Below are positions 19,492 to 29,461 of a stretch of DNA of 64,000 bases, piece after piece. The notes under the pieces are model-generated. The model had not been told where the DNA came from and searched no databases. It saw only the letters and a list, made by a program, of their open reading frames with translations. A program made the position numbers and the translations under genes. Each line of letters starts with the position of its first letter. Positions within the stretch are counted from its first letter, which is position 1. Origin of the DNA: Verrucomicrobiia bacterium (GTDB lineage Bacteria > Verrucomicrobiota > Verrucomicrobiia > Limisphaerales > UBA1319); assembly GCA_963664225.1 (NCBI GenBank), contig OY760937.1:4320001-4384000 (forward strand), read 5' to 3'.

Positions 19492-20031
19492 GATCGACGC
19501 GAACGATATCAGACCGGGTAGGTTCTGGATAACAAGTTTTTCATGGCAACACGGTATTTCGCGCAGATGCCACACAATTAATACTAGCTGACTCATTAAA
19601 CAGAATGAGCTAATGAATATGCATTCGCGGTAGGGCGGGCAGTCCTCTGCACGCCGTCGGCGATCTATTCTGCTTCCATGCGTCCAAAAGCCAAAAGCTT
19701 GCGAAACGCGCGATCTTCTCTCTCGCCCCAAACCTGAATTGGCACGAGCGGGCAGAGCCGGAGTGTGTGTTCGGGGCTTTGTCCTTCTAGGCCGGGTGCC
19801 CCCACCCGGCGTCCGGAGAGCGGCCCCACTGAACCGTATAATCCGATCGCGCGATTCTTCTCCCTCTCCTGCGCCAGCGGGAGAGGGTACGGGGTGAGGG
19901 TGCCTCCGAAGATTTTTGTCCTGCACCCGAGTAATAACCGGTCATCTCATTTTTGTTGCAATAAATCGAGCAAGGCGCAATGTGACTGGACATAACTTCG
20001 GGGAATTGGTCCGAAGCTTCGCTCAATAATT

Positions 20032-20649
20032 ATGAAAATTCTAACGTGCTCTCTTTTGGCCATAGTGACATTGTTGACCTCGGTTGTCAGGCTTCATTCA
20101 CAAGGCTATATCGTGCCGAATGGAGTCATTGAATATACGGGTTATCCCGACCCTGGCACTGAAATAGACGTTCTTTACAATCCGACTGCTGTGCCGCCTA
20201 ATACTTCAGATTATACCGGGTTTTTACTGATTCCCCGAAATACAAGCACCTTTGTCTATGACTATTTGATTAATGTGGGTGTTAGAACGTTTTTTGTTTC
20301 TCCGAACGATCCGATCAGTTTTCAAGACATTCAATCCAGTGGTTATGTTGAGTTGATAGCGGGTAACACTTATGTTTTCGATGAAGAGAAAGACTTCTAT
20401 GTGGGGGTTTACACTGGCCATGGTCTTCCTGCAGACGGAGTATTTCCCGATCCTATATTTGCTTGGGCGCACCTTTATAACAACAGCGGCAAAATTGAAT
20501 TGCTCGATGGTGCGCTGGAATATCGCGGTGACGGCATCTATGCCGGAACATTAAACATCATTCAACCGGTTCCAGAGCCCGGCACATGGGCTTTCACTGT
20601 CCTTGGTGGAATGCTCCTGGCCTGGCGGCACCGTGTGAAGGATTTATGA
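20032..20649 (+). CDS. PEP-CTERM sorting-domain protein, paralog 1
   Basis: Signal peptide; C-terminal VPEPGTW, TM segment and basic tail. Confidence 0.9.
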   Translation: MKILTCSLLAIVTLLTSVVRLHSQGYIVPNGVIEYTGYPDPGTEIDVLYNPTAVPPNTSDYTGFLLIPRNTSTFVYDYLINVGVRTFFVSPNDPISFQDIQSSGYVELIAGNTYVFDEEKDFYVGVYTGHGLPADGVFPDPIFAWAHLYNNSGKIELLDGALEYRGDGIYAGTLNIIQPVPEPGTWAFTVLGGMLLAWRHRVKDL

Positions 20650-21251
20650 AACTTACGCTAACAATGCTGATTTGCAGCTTTTTCGCCGCAATTCAACCCG
20701 CCCATTCACAAGGTTATATTGTGCCGAATGGTATCATTGAATTCTCCGGCTACTCTGGTAAAGGGATTGTAATTGACGTTTTGGCTAATCCTCCAGCATT
20801 GCCTCCTGATACACCCTATTATACTGGTTTCTTATTATTCCCCCACGGTGATAATACGTTTTTATATGATTATATTGTGAATATTGGTGTTCGCTCGTTC
20901 TTTGTTTCGCCAAATGATCCAGTCACTTTGGAGGCCATTCAATCGGGCGGCTACACAGAATTAATCTCTGGAGCTGATTACGTGTTTAATAATGGCATTA
21001 CCTTTTATGTCGGGATTTATACAGGCCACGGATTGCCAACGGCAGGTATTTATCCAGACCCGATATTTGGCTGGGCGGAATTGGTAAACAACAGCGGCAA
21101 AATTGAATTGCTCGATGGTGCGCTGGAATATCGCGGTGACGGCATCTATGCCGGAACATTAAACATCATTCAACCGGTTCCAGAGCCCGGCACTTGGGCT
21201 TTGACTGTCCTTGGCGGCATGATCCTTTTTTGGAAAGGCAGTCGTCGGTAA
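20646..21251 (+). CDS. PEP-CTERM sorting-domain protein, paralog 2
   Basis: ATGA overlap with paralog 1; MKLTLT signal peptide; VPEPGTW, TM segment and KGSRR. Confidence 0.9.
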   Translation: MKLTLTMLICSFFAAIQPAHSQGYIVPNGIIEFSGYSGKGIVIDVLANPPALPPDTPYYTGFLLFPHGDNTFLYDYIVNIGVRSFFVSPNDPVTLEAIQSGGYTELISGADYVFNNGITFYVGIYTGHGLPTAGIYPDPIFGWAELVNNSGKIELLDGALEYRGDGIYAGTLNIIQPVPEPGTWALTVLGGMILFWKGSRR

Positions 21252-21285
21252 GGATGTTGCCAAAGACATCGATGCTTCGTGAGCG

Positions 21286-21316
21286 AAAAAAAGGCCGGGA
21301 GAAACTCCCGGCCATT
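21286..21316. terminator. Intrinsic terminator between convergent genes
   Basis: A7-GGCCGGGAG-AAA-CTCCCGGCC-ATTT; the long U-tract falls on the minus strand. Confidence 0.75.
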
Positions 21317-21366
21317 TCGAATTGAATCGAATCGAATTGAACTGAATTGGAAAACGGCTTCCCGTC

Positions 21367-22455
21367 TTACATCTGTTTCATGGCAACGTCCATGGCCGCG
21401 TAAAGCGTCTTCATGGTTGCTTCGGTCTCGTCACCCATGTTCGAAACGCGGAAGGTTTTGCCTTTGATTTTGCCGTAACCGCCGTCGATCAGGAAACCCT
21501 GGTCCTTGACGATTTTCTGGAGCTTGGGCACATCCACAACCCGGCCTGCCGGACGCGCGCCGTTGTTCACGCAGGTGAGCGTGACGGACTCGTAACCGGG
21601 TTCCGGGAAAAACGTGAAGCCGTGGCCTTGGGCCCATTCGCGGGTCATGCGCGATAATTTGGCATGGCGGGCGAAGCGGTTCTCGAGGCCTTCGGCGAAG
21701 ATATCGCCCAGCTTGGATTCCAAGGCATAGACATGGCCGATGCTCGGGGTGCTCGGGGTCATGCTTTGCTCGGCATTCTTGTCGAATTCGAGGAAGTCAA
21801 AATAATAGCCGCGATCGTTCTGCTTCGAGGCGCGTTCCAAAGCGGCCTTCGAGCAAGTGAAGACGGCCAGGCCCGGAGGCATGGCAAATGCTTTTTGAGT
21901 GCCAGCCAGCAAAACGTCGATGCCCAGTTCATCGAAATGAATCGGCGTGGCGCTCATGGAACTGACCGAATCCACGATGAACATGACGTCGGGGTATTTT
22001 TTCTTGAGCGCGGCCAATTCAGCCAGCGGGCTCATGACGCCTGTGGAGGTTTCGTTATGGATGATCGTCACGGCGTCAAACTGACCGGTCGCCAGTTTGG
22101 CATCCAATGCCTCGGCGCGAATGGGACTGCCCCATTCCACCTGGAGCGCCTCGGCCTGTTTGCCGCAGCGTTTGGAGACATCCAGCCATTTATCCGAGAA
22201 AGCGCCGTTCATGCAGCAGAGCACTTTACGGCCGACAAGATTGCGCAACGCCCCCTCCATGATGCCCCAGGCGGAGGAGGTGCAGAGATAAACCCGCTGC
22301 TGGGTGTAGAGCAGGGATTGGAGTTGCGGGTGAATTTTCGCATACAGGTCTTTAAAGCCCTGTCCGCGATGACCGATCATGGGCGAAGCGAACGCCTTGA
22401 ATGTTTTCTCACTGACCTCAACGGGGCCAGGAATGTGCAATTTGACATGTGCCAT
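21367..22455 (-). CDS. Class V aminotransferase (alanine/serine-glyoxylate type)
   Basis: IPGPV, IGHRG, HNETSTGV, VDSVSS, GTQKAFAMPPG, TPSTP. Confidence 0.9.
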   Translation of the reverse strand: MAHVKLHIPGPVEVSEKTFKAFASPMIGHRGQGFKDLYAKIHPQLQSLLYTQQRVYLCTSSAWGIMEGALRNLVGRKVLCCMNGAFSDKWLDVSKRCGKQAEALQVEWGSPIRAEALDAKLATGQFDAVTIIHNETSTGVMSPLAELAALKKKYPDVMFIVDSVSSMSATPIHFDELGIDVLLAGTQKAFAMPPGLAVFTCSKAALERASKQNDRGYYFDFLEFDKNAEQSMTPSTPSIGHVYALESKLGDIFAEGLENRFARHAKLSRMTREWAQGHGFTFFPEPGYESVTLTCVNNGARPAGRVVDVPKLQKIVKDQGFLIDGGYGKIKGKTFRVSNMGDETEATMKTLYAAMDVAMKQM

Positions 22456-22542
22456 AGTCGTCCTTGCATATCATCCCGATAAGCCTCCCGTTGCCAAGTC
22501 CAAAATCCAACCGACGATGAATTCTGGCGCGCCGACTCCGAT

Positions 22543-23304
22543 TTACCAGCGCGCGGTGGCGGCCTGGGATTCGTAATGAACGGCGGAGAGGCAATATAAT
22601 GCGGCGGTTTCAGCGCGCAGAACCCGTTCCCCCAGCGACACTGGCAGCGTTCCAGCTTTTAGGAGAATATCCATTTCTCGTGGTGAAAAGTCGCCTTCGG
22701 GTCCAATCCAGACGCATACAGAACGCGGGAATGGGTGGTTGTCCGAATGCACTCCACGCAGGGTCTCAATCAGCGTCGGAGCCTCTTTTTGCAACGAAGC
22801 CACGATGTTGAGTTCGGCCTGCGCGCCGTTTTTCAAGAAATCGTCCAGGGGCAGGGGACATTCCACGACAGGCAGCCATGGTGTGCCGCACTGTTTCAAT
22901 GTCTCGATGCTCGCCGTGTTCCATTTTCGGGCTTTGGCTTGTGCGGTGGCGGCGTCGAGGTGGATTTCGCTGTGGTCTGAGAAAAGTGGCACGATGCGGC
23001 TGGCGCCCAGTTCCGTGGCCTTTTGGAGCAGCCAGTCCATGGCCTTGGTCTTCGGAAGGCACTGGGCCAGGGTAACGCGGCATGGCGGCGGCGGTTGTTT
23101 ATGCTGTTGAATGACTTGCAACGTAACGGAATTGCGGGTGATATCCACAACTTTGCAGTGATTGATGCCGCCACAGCCATCGAGCACGTCCGCCGCATCC
23201 CCGGGACCAATGCGCAACACGTGGATGGCGTGATGCGCCTCCTGATCTTCCAGGACCAATGTTTGGCCCTGGCATTTTTCGACTGGGAGAAAAAAGCGCG
23301 GCAT
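22543..23304 (-). CDS. rsmE: 16S rRNA m3U1498 methyltransferase
   Basis: HHAIHVLR, QKATELG, IGPEGDF, LGERVLRAETA. Confidence 0.93.
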   Translation of the reverse strand: MPRFFLPVEKCQGQTLVLEDQEAHHAIHVLRIGPGDAADVLDGCGGINHCKVVDITRNSVTLQVIQQHKQPPPPCRVTLAQCLPKTKAMDWLLQKATELGASRIVPLFSDHSEIHLDAATAQAKARKWNTASIETLKQCGTPWLPVVECPLPLDDFLKNGAQAELNIVASLQKEAPTLIETLRGVHSDNHPFPRSVCVWIGPEGDFSPREMDILLKAGTLPVSLGERVLRAETAALYCLSAVHYESQAATARW

Positions 23305-24443
23305 TAACGGAACAGATCCTTGGCTTTTTCGAAAAATCCCTTGCTGATGGGATTTACGTTTTCATCGCATAAGGCGGCAAACTCAACCAGTTTGGCCTTT
23401 TGCGCGCTATTGAGGTGCGCGGGCACTTCAACGTTGACCCGGATATGCAGATCGCCGACCCCGTAATTCTGGACATTGCGCACGCCCTTGCCCTTGAGGC
23501 GGAAGACAGTGCCGGGTTGTGTGCCGGCCGGGACTTTGATTTGCGCATTGCCAGTCAGCGTGGGCACTTCCAATTCAGCGCCCAGGGCAGCCTGGACGAA
23601 GCTGATGGGCACTTCGCAGAGCAAATCGTCGCCGTCGCGCTGGAAGAACTCATGGGCCTTGACGTGCAACACCACGTAAAGGTCTCCAACGGGGCCGCCG
23701 CGCTGGCCGGCCTCTCCGTTGCCCACGGAGCGAAGCCGCGCGCCGGTATCGACACCCGCGGGGATTTTGAGTTTGATCTTGGACGTTTTTTCACGCCGAC
23801 CCGCGCCTGAGCAGGTGCGGCAAGGTTTTTCGATGATGCGTCCGCTGCCTTCGCAGCGGGGACAGGTCTGGGCGATGCTGAAAATGCTGCGCGAGGAAAT
23901 GACCTGGCCGTGGCCGTTGCAAACGGGGCAGGTCTTCGCATGTGAGCCTTTTTCCGCGCCCGATCCCTGGCAGGACTCGCAATTCTCGAGCTTGGAGAGG
24001 GACACTTCCTTCTCGCAACCCAGAGCGGCTTCGACAAAGGAAATCTCCATGTCGTAGCGAAGGTCCGAACCCCGCTGCGGTCCTGTGGGGTCGTGGCGCT
24101 CGCCGCCGCCGCCGAATAGATTCTCAAATATGCTGCCGTTGCCGAAGACCTCGCGGAAGATATCAGAGGGATCATGGAACCCTCCGCCGCGTGATCCACT
24201 GTAACCCCGGTTGCGGGGATCGAACGCCGCGTGGCCGTATTGATCGTAAGCGGCGCGTTTTTGGGGATCGCACAAGGCTTCGTACGCCTCGCCCAGTTCC
24301 TTGAACCGCTCTTCGGAGGTTTTGTCACCCGGATTCTTGTCCGGGTGATATTTCACGGCCATTTTGCGATAGGCTTTCTTTATTTCCTCATCGCTGGCCG
24401 CGCGCTCGACACCCAGAACTTCGTAATAATCGCGTTTGGCCAT
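23304..24443 (-). CDS. dnaJ: Chaperone DnaJ
   Basis: J domain with HPD, G/F-rich linker and four CxxCxGxG repeats. Confidence 0.97.
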   Translation of the reverse strand: MAKRDYYEVLGVERAASDEEIKKAYRKMAVKYHPDKNPGDKTSEERFKELGEAYEALCDPQKRAAYDQYGHAAFDPRNRGYSGSRGGGFHDPSDIFREVFGNGSIFENLFGGGGERHDPTGPQRGSDLRYDMEISFVEAALGCEKEVSLSKLENCESCQGSGAEKGSHAKTCPVCNGHGQVISSRSIFSIAQTCPRCEGSGRIIEKPCRTCSGAGRREKTSKIKLKIPAGVDTGARLRSVGNGEAGQRGGPVGDLYVVLHVKAHEFFQRDGDDLLCEVPISFVQAALGAELEVPTLTGNAQIKVPAGTQPGTVFRLKGKGVRNVQNYGVGDLHIRVNVEVPAHLNSAQKAKLVEFAALCDENVNPISKGFFEKAKDLFR

Positions 24444-24445
24444 AC

Positions 24446-25048
24446 TCAGTGACTGGCTGGTTTTTTGGCGACAACGACCGTGGCGGGCCGCAACAGGCGC
24501 TCGCGCAGTTTGTAGCCCTTGCGCAATTGTTGCACCACATGGCCTTCAGGCACTTCGGTCGATTCCTGTTGGGAAACGGCCTCGTGAATATTCGGATCGA
24601 AGACCTGCTGATGGGCGTTGATTTCTTCGAGACCGGATTCCGTGAGGACGGACTTGAGCTGGTTGCAGATCATCTGAACGCCGTCCTTGAAGGAATCGAG
24701 GTTGGCGGGCTGTGCCTCCGAGCCGTTGGCGGCGATGGCCATTTCGAAATGGTCCAGCACGACAATCAGTTTTTCGAGCAGGGCCTGGTTGGCGAATTTC
24801 ACGGCATCCTGCCGTTCGCGTAGCGCGCGCTTTTTGTAATTGTCAAAATCCGCAGCCTGGCGCACCAGGCGCTCCCAGTACTCATCGGCCTTGCCCGCCT
24901 TGACCTGCAAAGCGGCCACTTCCTCGGGTGTCAGCGCCTGTGGCGCCTCCGTAGTTTGATCGCCGCTCGGGGACGCTGGCGCTGGCTCCGCTTGGGGAGT
25001 TTCAGCGGCATGCGTCGGATGTTGATGCTTATCTGATTTATTGCTCAT
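24446..25048 (-). CDS. grpE: Nucleotide exchange factor GrpE
   Basis: [35 protein letters not shown]. Confidence 0.95.
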   Translation of the reverse strand: MSNKSDKHQHPTHAAETPQAEPAPASPSGDQTTEAPQALTPEEVAALQVKAGKADEYWERLVRQAADFDNYKKRALRERQDAVKFANQALLEKLIVVLDHFEMAIAANGSEAQPANLDSFKDGVQMICNQLKSVLTESGLEEINAHQQVFDPNIHEAVSQQESTEVPEGHVVQQLRKGYKLRERLLRPATVVVAKKPASH

Positions 25049-25163
25049 GACCAAAAACCTCTATCTAAAGGAATTAATTCTACAGGAACCGGAGTTCAAG
25101 GGCAATGAACTAAAAACTGAAAAATCCCAACCGACAGATCCTCCATGGCCGCCCTCAAGCGGT

Positions 25164-26675
25164 TCATGTGGCCTGAGTTGCAGGAGCGGCCGGTTCTGGG
25201 GTTTTGGATGCAGCCCGTGGTGGATTCAGGGCCATTCGATAAACTTTGGCATATTCGGCGGCGGTTTTCTTTAACGAAAAATCAGCCTTGATGGCGTTTC
25301 TCTGGAATAGCTTGAGCAATAAAGGTTCGCCATAAAGCGCCAGCGCCTTGCGCATGGCGTGGGCCAGGGCGTGCGCGGAATACTCGATGAATTTAATGCC
25401 GTTGGCCTTTTCCATGGCCTGGGTGATATCGATCACCGAATCGTCCAGACCGCCGGTGGCCCTCACGATGGGGATGGTGCCGTAGCGCAGGCTGTAGAGC
25501 TGGTTCAGGCCGCAGGGCTCGTAGAGCGAAGGCATGAGATAGAAATCGCATCCGGCCTCGATGCGATGCGCCAGGGCCGTGTCATACCCGATATTGACCG
25601 CCACCTGACGGGGATAACGTTGGGCCAAATCCTGCAAGGCCTTTTCAAAAACAGGGGAACCGCTGCCCAGACTTACGAATTGCAGCCGTTCGCTCAGGAG
25701 ATCCTCCAGCGCCTCCAAAAGTATATCGACACCTTTTTGATCGGCCAGTCGCCCCACATTGCCAAAGAGCGGAATTTCCGGGTCCAGCGGCAGCCCCATT
25801 TCTTTTTGGAGATCGAGCTTTTCCAGCCGTTTCCCTTTGAAATGCCGCAAATCGTAATCGTGATGCAAGGCCGGATTATCCACCGTTTTCCACTCGGTGT
25901 AATCGGCGCCATTGAGAATTCCCGACACGCGGTCCTTGCGGCGCAGGAGAACCCCGTCCAATCCATAGCCCATCTCCGGCGTCATCATTTCGATGGCGTA
26001 ACGGGGGCTGACCGTGGTGATCCGGTCCGAGAAATTGATGCCGGCCTTGAGGCAGTTCAGTTGACCGTAAAACTCCGCGCCTTCGGGATTAAAGTAATTC
26101 CAGGGCAGGTTCGTGAGCCTGTATTTAAAGAGCGGGAAGATTCCCTGATACGCCGCGTTGTGAATGGTCAGGCAGGTGGCGGGCGCATCGGTCCAGCCCA
26201 TCGCCGCCTTCTGGTGCGTGATGAATAACGGGGCCAGACCGGCCTGCCAGTCATGCGCATGAACCAGGCCGGGTTTCCAGGGCAGGTAACGCGCCAGGTG
26301 CGCCACCGCCTTGGAAAAAAAGATATACCGCTCGGCGTTGTCCGCGAAGTCCAGCCCGTTTTCCTGATAAAGGGATTTGCGATCGTAGAAACCGGGCTGG
26401 TCGATGAAATAGACGGTGGCCTTGCCGTGGGGCAGGGTCCAAACCTGGGCCGGGTAATGTTCCTCGCCCAGCGGCAGGTCCATCTTCCAATCGAATCGTT
26501 TGATCTTGGGAAAACGATCGCGCACTCCCCTGTAGAGCGGCGTTACAATGCCCACCTGATGCCCCTCCTCGGCCAGTGATTTGGCCAGCGCCCCGACCAT
26601 GTCGGCCAGGCCACCCGTTTTGGAGTAAGGGTGGACCTCCGAACTGGCCAGCAGGATTTTCAGGGGTTGAATCAC
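25164..26675 (-). CDS. glgA: Glycogen synthase
   Basis: KTGGLADMV, HAHDWQ, TIHN, GRLADQKG, PSLYEPCGLNQL. Confidence 0.95.
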   Translation of the reverse strand: MIQPLKILLASSEVHPYSKTGGLADMVGALAKSLAEEGHQVGIVTPLYRGVRDRFPKIKRFDWKMDLPLGEEHYPAQVWTLPHGKATVYFIDQPGFYDRKSLYQENGLDFADNAERYIFFSKAVAHLARYLPWKPGLVHAHDWQAGLAPLFITHQKAAMGWTDAPATCLTIHNAAYQGIFPLFKYRLTNLPWNYFNPEGAEFYGQLNCLKAGINFSDRITTVSPRYAIEMMTPEMGYGLDGVLLRRKDRVSGILNGADYTEWKTVDNPALHHDYDLRHFKGKRLEKLDLQKEMGLPLDPEIPLFGNVGRLADQKGVDILLEALEDLLSERLQFVSLGSGSPVFEKALQDLAQRYPRQVAVNIGYDTALAHRIEAGCDFYLMPSLYEPCGLNQLYSLRYGTIPIVRATGGLDDSVIDITQAMEKANGIKFIEYSAHALAHAMRKALALYGEPLLLKLFQRNAIKADFSLKKTAAEYAKVYRMALNPPRAASKTPEPAAPATQAT

Positions 26676-27973
26676 ACGCTGATGCGGTCCGTCTTCATGT
26701 AAGGTTGCAACGCGGGCGGAATCAGGATGCTGCCGTCGGCCTGCTGCCAGGTCTCGACCAGGGCCACAAAGAGCCGCGCCAAAGCCGTGCCGCTGCCGTT
26801 CAACAAATGCGGCAATTTATTTTCGCCTTTTTCCGTCTTGTAACGCGTGTTCATGCGCCGGGATTGGAAATCCTCGCAATTCGAACAACTGGAAACTTCC
26901 AGATACTGGTTCTGGCCCGGGGCCCAAACTTCGATGTCGTAGGTCTTGGCGCTGGCGAAGCCCATGTCGCCGGTGCAAAGCAGGATCACCCGGTAATGCA
27001 GGCCGAGCTTTTGGAGAACCGCTTCCGCGTTAGCCGTCAATTTTTCCAATTCGTCGTAACTGGTCTCCGGCGAAACGATTTTAATCAGCTCCACCTTGTC
27101 GAACTGGTGGACACGGATCAAACCGCGTGTGCCGACCCCGGCCGCGCCCGCCTCCGCGCGAAAGCACGGGCTGTAGGCGCAATAATAAATCGGCAACTGG
27201 CTTTCCTTGAGAATTTCCTCCCGATGGATATTGGCCACCGGCGCTTCCGCCGTGGGCACCAGATAGAGCTTGCCCAGGGACGAGGCGTCCTCGCCTTCGC
27301 GCACGGCATAAGCCTGGTCCATGAACTTCGGAAATTGGCCCACGCCGGTCATGCAATCCCGCGTGACCATGTACGGCGGGGATACCTCCGTGTATCCATG
27401 GGCGCTGGTATGCAGATCGAGCAGAAACTGAATCAGCGCCCGCTCCAGCCGCGCGCCCCAGTTGGTGTAGAGAATGAAGCCGCTGCCCGATAACTTCGCG
27501 CCGCGGGGAAAATCCACCAGCTTGAGCTTCTCGCACAATTCAACGTGCGTCTTGGGCTTGAAAGTAAATTGCGCCGCCTCGCCAAAGGTCCGCATCACCG
27601 GATTATCCTCGGCGGTTTTGCCAATGGCCACCGATTCATGGGGCAGATTGGGCAGCCGCAGGAGCAACTGGTCGCGGGCCGATTCGACCTCGGCCACCTG
27701 GGCGTCCAGAGTCGAGATTTTATCGCCAATATCGCGCGTCTCTTTTTTGCGTGCTTCGGCCTCTGCGAGCTTTTTCTGGCCCATCAAAGCCCCGATTTCC
27801 TTGGACACGCGATTGCGAATGGATTTGAGGCTCTCCACTTCGCCCACCAACTTGCGTCGTTGCTCATCGAGAGCCAGCACTTCATCCACGCGCGTCTCGT
27901 CCCCGGCGCCGCGCGAAGCGAGCCGCTGGCGCACCTGATCTGCCTGTTCGCGTATCAATTTAATGTCCAACAT
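26672..27973 (-). CDS. serS: Seryl-tRNA synthetase
   Basis: MLDIKLIR, PTAEAP, FRAEAG, RVHQFDKVE, EVSSCSNC, LNGSG. Confidence 0.97.
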   Translation of the reverse strand: MLDIKLIREQADQVRQRLASRGAGDETRVDEVLALDEQRRKLVGEVESLKSIRNRVSKEIGALMGQKKLAEAEARKKETRDIGDKISTLDAQVAEVESARDQLLLRLPNLPHESVAIGKTAEDNPVMRTFGEAAQFTFKPKTHVELCEKLKLVDFPRGAKLSGSGFILYTNWGARLERALIQFLLDLHTSAHGYTEVSPPYMVTRDCMTGVGQFPKFMDQAYAVREGEDASSLGKLYLVPTAEAPVANIHREEILKESQLPIYYCAYSPCFRAEAGAAGVGTRGLIRVHQFDKVELIKIVSPETSYDELEKLTANAEAVLQKLGLHYRVILLCTGDMGFASAKTYDIEVWAPGQNQYLEVSSCSNCEDFQSRRMNTRYKTEKGENKLPHLLNGSGTALARLFVALVETWQQADGSILIPPALQPYMKTDRISV

Positions 27974-28305
27974 GCCCCGCATTATAGGAAGGAACCGTTT
28001 TCCGGCAAGACGGATGTAATCGTCCCTGGCCGGTCACCGAACACCGCGTGGTTTGGAGTCCCGGCTTCAGCCGGTTGGGCTATCGCATCACCAGGCGCGC
28101 CAACTTGCAGACCCGGTGCCTCACCAGGCGTCTTCCATGGATTCGTCCAGTTTTGGCTTTTTCCATCTTCCTGAGTTTTGTCATGCCCCCTGGCCGGCGC
28201 GAATTCCATAAAAGGAGGATGACCGTCTGAACCCAGGCTCAAACGATCCGAAACAGGCGGCCGTGGCCCTGTTAAACGGGGCTGGCGTCAGGGTGAATGG
28301 TAGAA

Positions 28306-28382
28306 TGGTGCGTCGGTCCGGACTTGAACCGGAAACCATTTGATCCGAAGTCAAAAGCTCTATCCAATTGAGCTACCGACGC
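28306..28382 (-). tRNA. tRNA-Arg, anticodon UCG
   Basis: Reverse complement is GCGTCGG-TA-GCTCAATTGGATAGAGC-T-TTTGA-CTTCGGA-TCAAA-TGGTT-TCCGG-TTCAAGT-CCGGA-CCGACGC-ACCA: 77 nt, full cloverleaf, encoded CCA. Confidence 0.95.
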
Positions 28383-28702
28383 ACTCTGACATGGCCTTTT
28401 GACAAGGCGGGATGAGAAGAAAGGCTGTTGTCAACGGCCCATTTTTTTCATCCAGATGAACTGGGGAAATGGTAATGCACCGTGGCGCAAAGTCAACGTT
28501 TCTCGCGCATGGGCGGGGGGGCACGTCAGAATTCTTTGGAACGCCAATTAATGACAGTGGAGAGGGACTGCTGTCTTCGGAGCGCCGGTCTCCTGACCGG
28601 CTTAAGGTGTTCTTAAATCCGACGTTTTCAAATGCGTCGCATGTCCTCACGCAGCCTCCCGGTTCCAGCGGCAGCTACCATGTTCGATCATGTGATTCTG
28701 CA

Positions 28703-29017
28703 GTCGCGGGGCGACCATTGACGGTAGCCCTGGGTTTCAACCCATGGAAAGGATTTCACCCCCGCGTTTAGCATATTTCCCGCTGCCTTTTCGTCGCGTC
28801 GCGACAGTTGAATATCGGGCATCGCTCTGAATTGCAAAATTCCACCTGCCGGTGCCACCCATCCTCGGGGCTACCCGGGACCGCCGTCCCCATCGGAATC
28901 CCCAACGCTGTAGGCGTTGAATCAAACTCACTCCCGCACCTCTCCAAATCGGTTCGCACTGCCAGGACATTTGCGGGTAGGAGGGCGTGCAGTCCTCTGC
29001 GCGCCGCCGACAATCCC
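28703..29017. repeat. ~315-bp direct repeat, copy 1
   Basis: Near-identical to 30905-31218; contains the palindromes GGGTTTCAACCC and GTCGCGTCGCGAC and a GTAG-REP. Confidence 0.85.
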
Positions 29018-29461
29018 ACGCGGCGGCATCTCTCAAACACCCTCCACCCCGCGACTTTCGAAACTTCAATTTCTTCCATTGTCCATTAATCCCTTTCCCC
29101 ATCGGTGTCATCCGTGCAATCCGTGGTTGAAAATCCCCCTTCGAGCTCTTTGATCTTCCAAGTAACAAATCTATAACAATTAGCGGCAATGCATTTTATA
29201 AAAGCGCTAAAAATCACAAAACGGCCTCCGATTCAGCCGGGTTGATTCACCGAACAGTCCCCCGCAGGGCCGGACCTGCCCTGTGCAGGCAAATCCAATA
29301 ATTGGTTAAAAACGAACTTGTCTTTCTGCTTGTTTGTGTCAGGATCGCCACCAATCCAATGTGCAACCTGTTGTGGGTGAAAACCCACTTGGACCGTTGT
29401 TTAAAACAACCTGAGTCATTGCAATGACTGCTTGCGGGATCGTAACGGATGGGAGAACCAA

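Noticed and set aside
21316..21352. Pentamer run TCGAA/TTGAA/CTGAA after the terminator
   Set aside because: Short degenerate microsatellite between convergent genes; no evidence of function.
22543..25048. grpE-dnaJ-rsmE without dnaK, and gcvP without gcvT/gcvH
   Set aside because: Split chaperone and glycine-cleavage loci are common; the partners are probably elsewhere in the genome.
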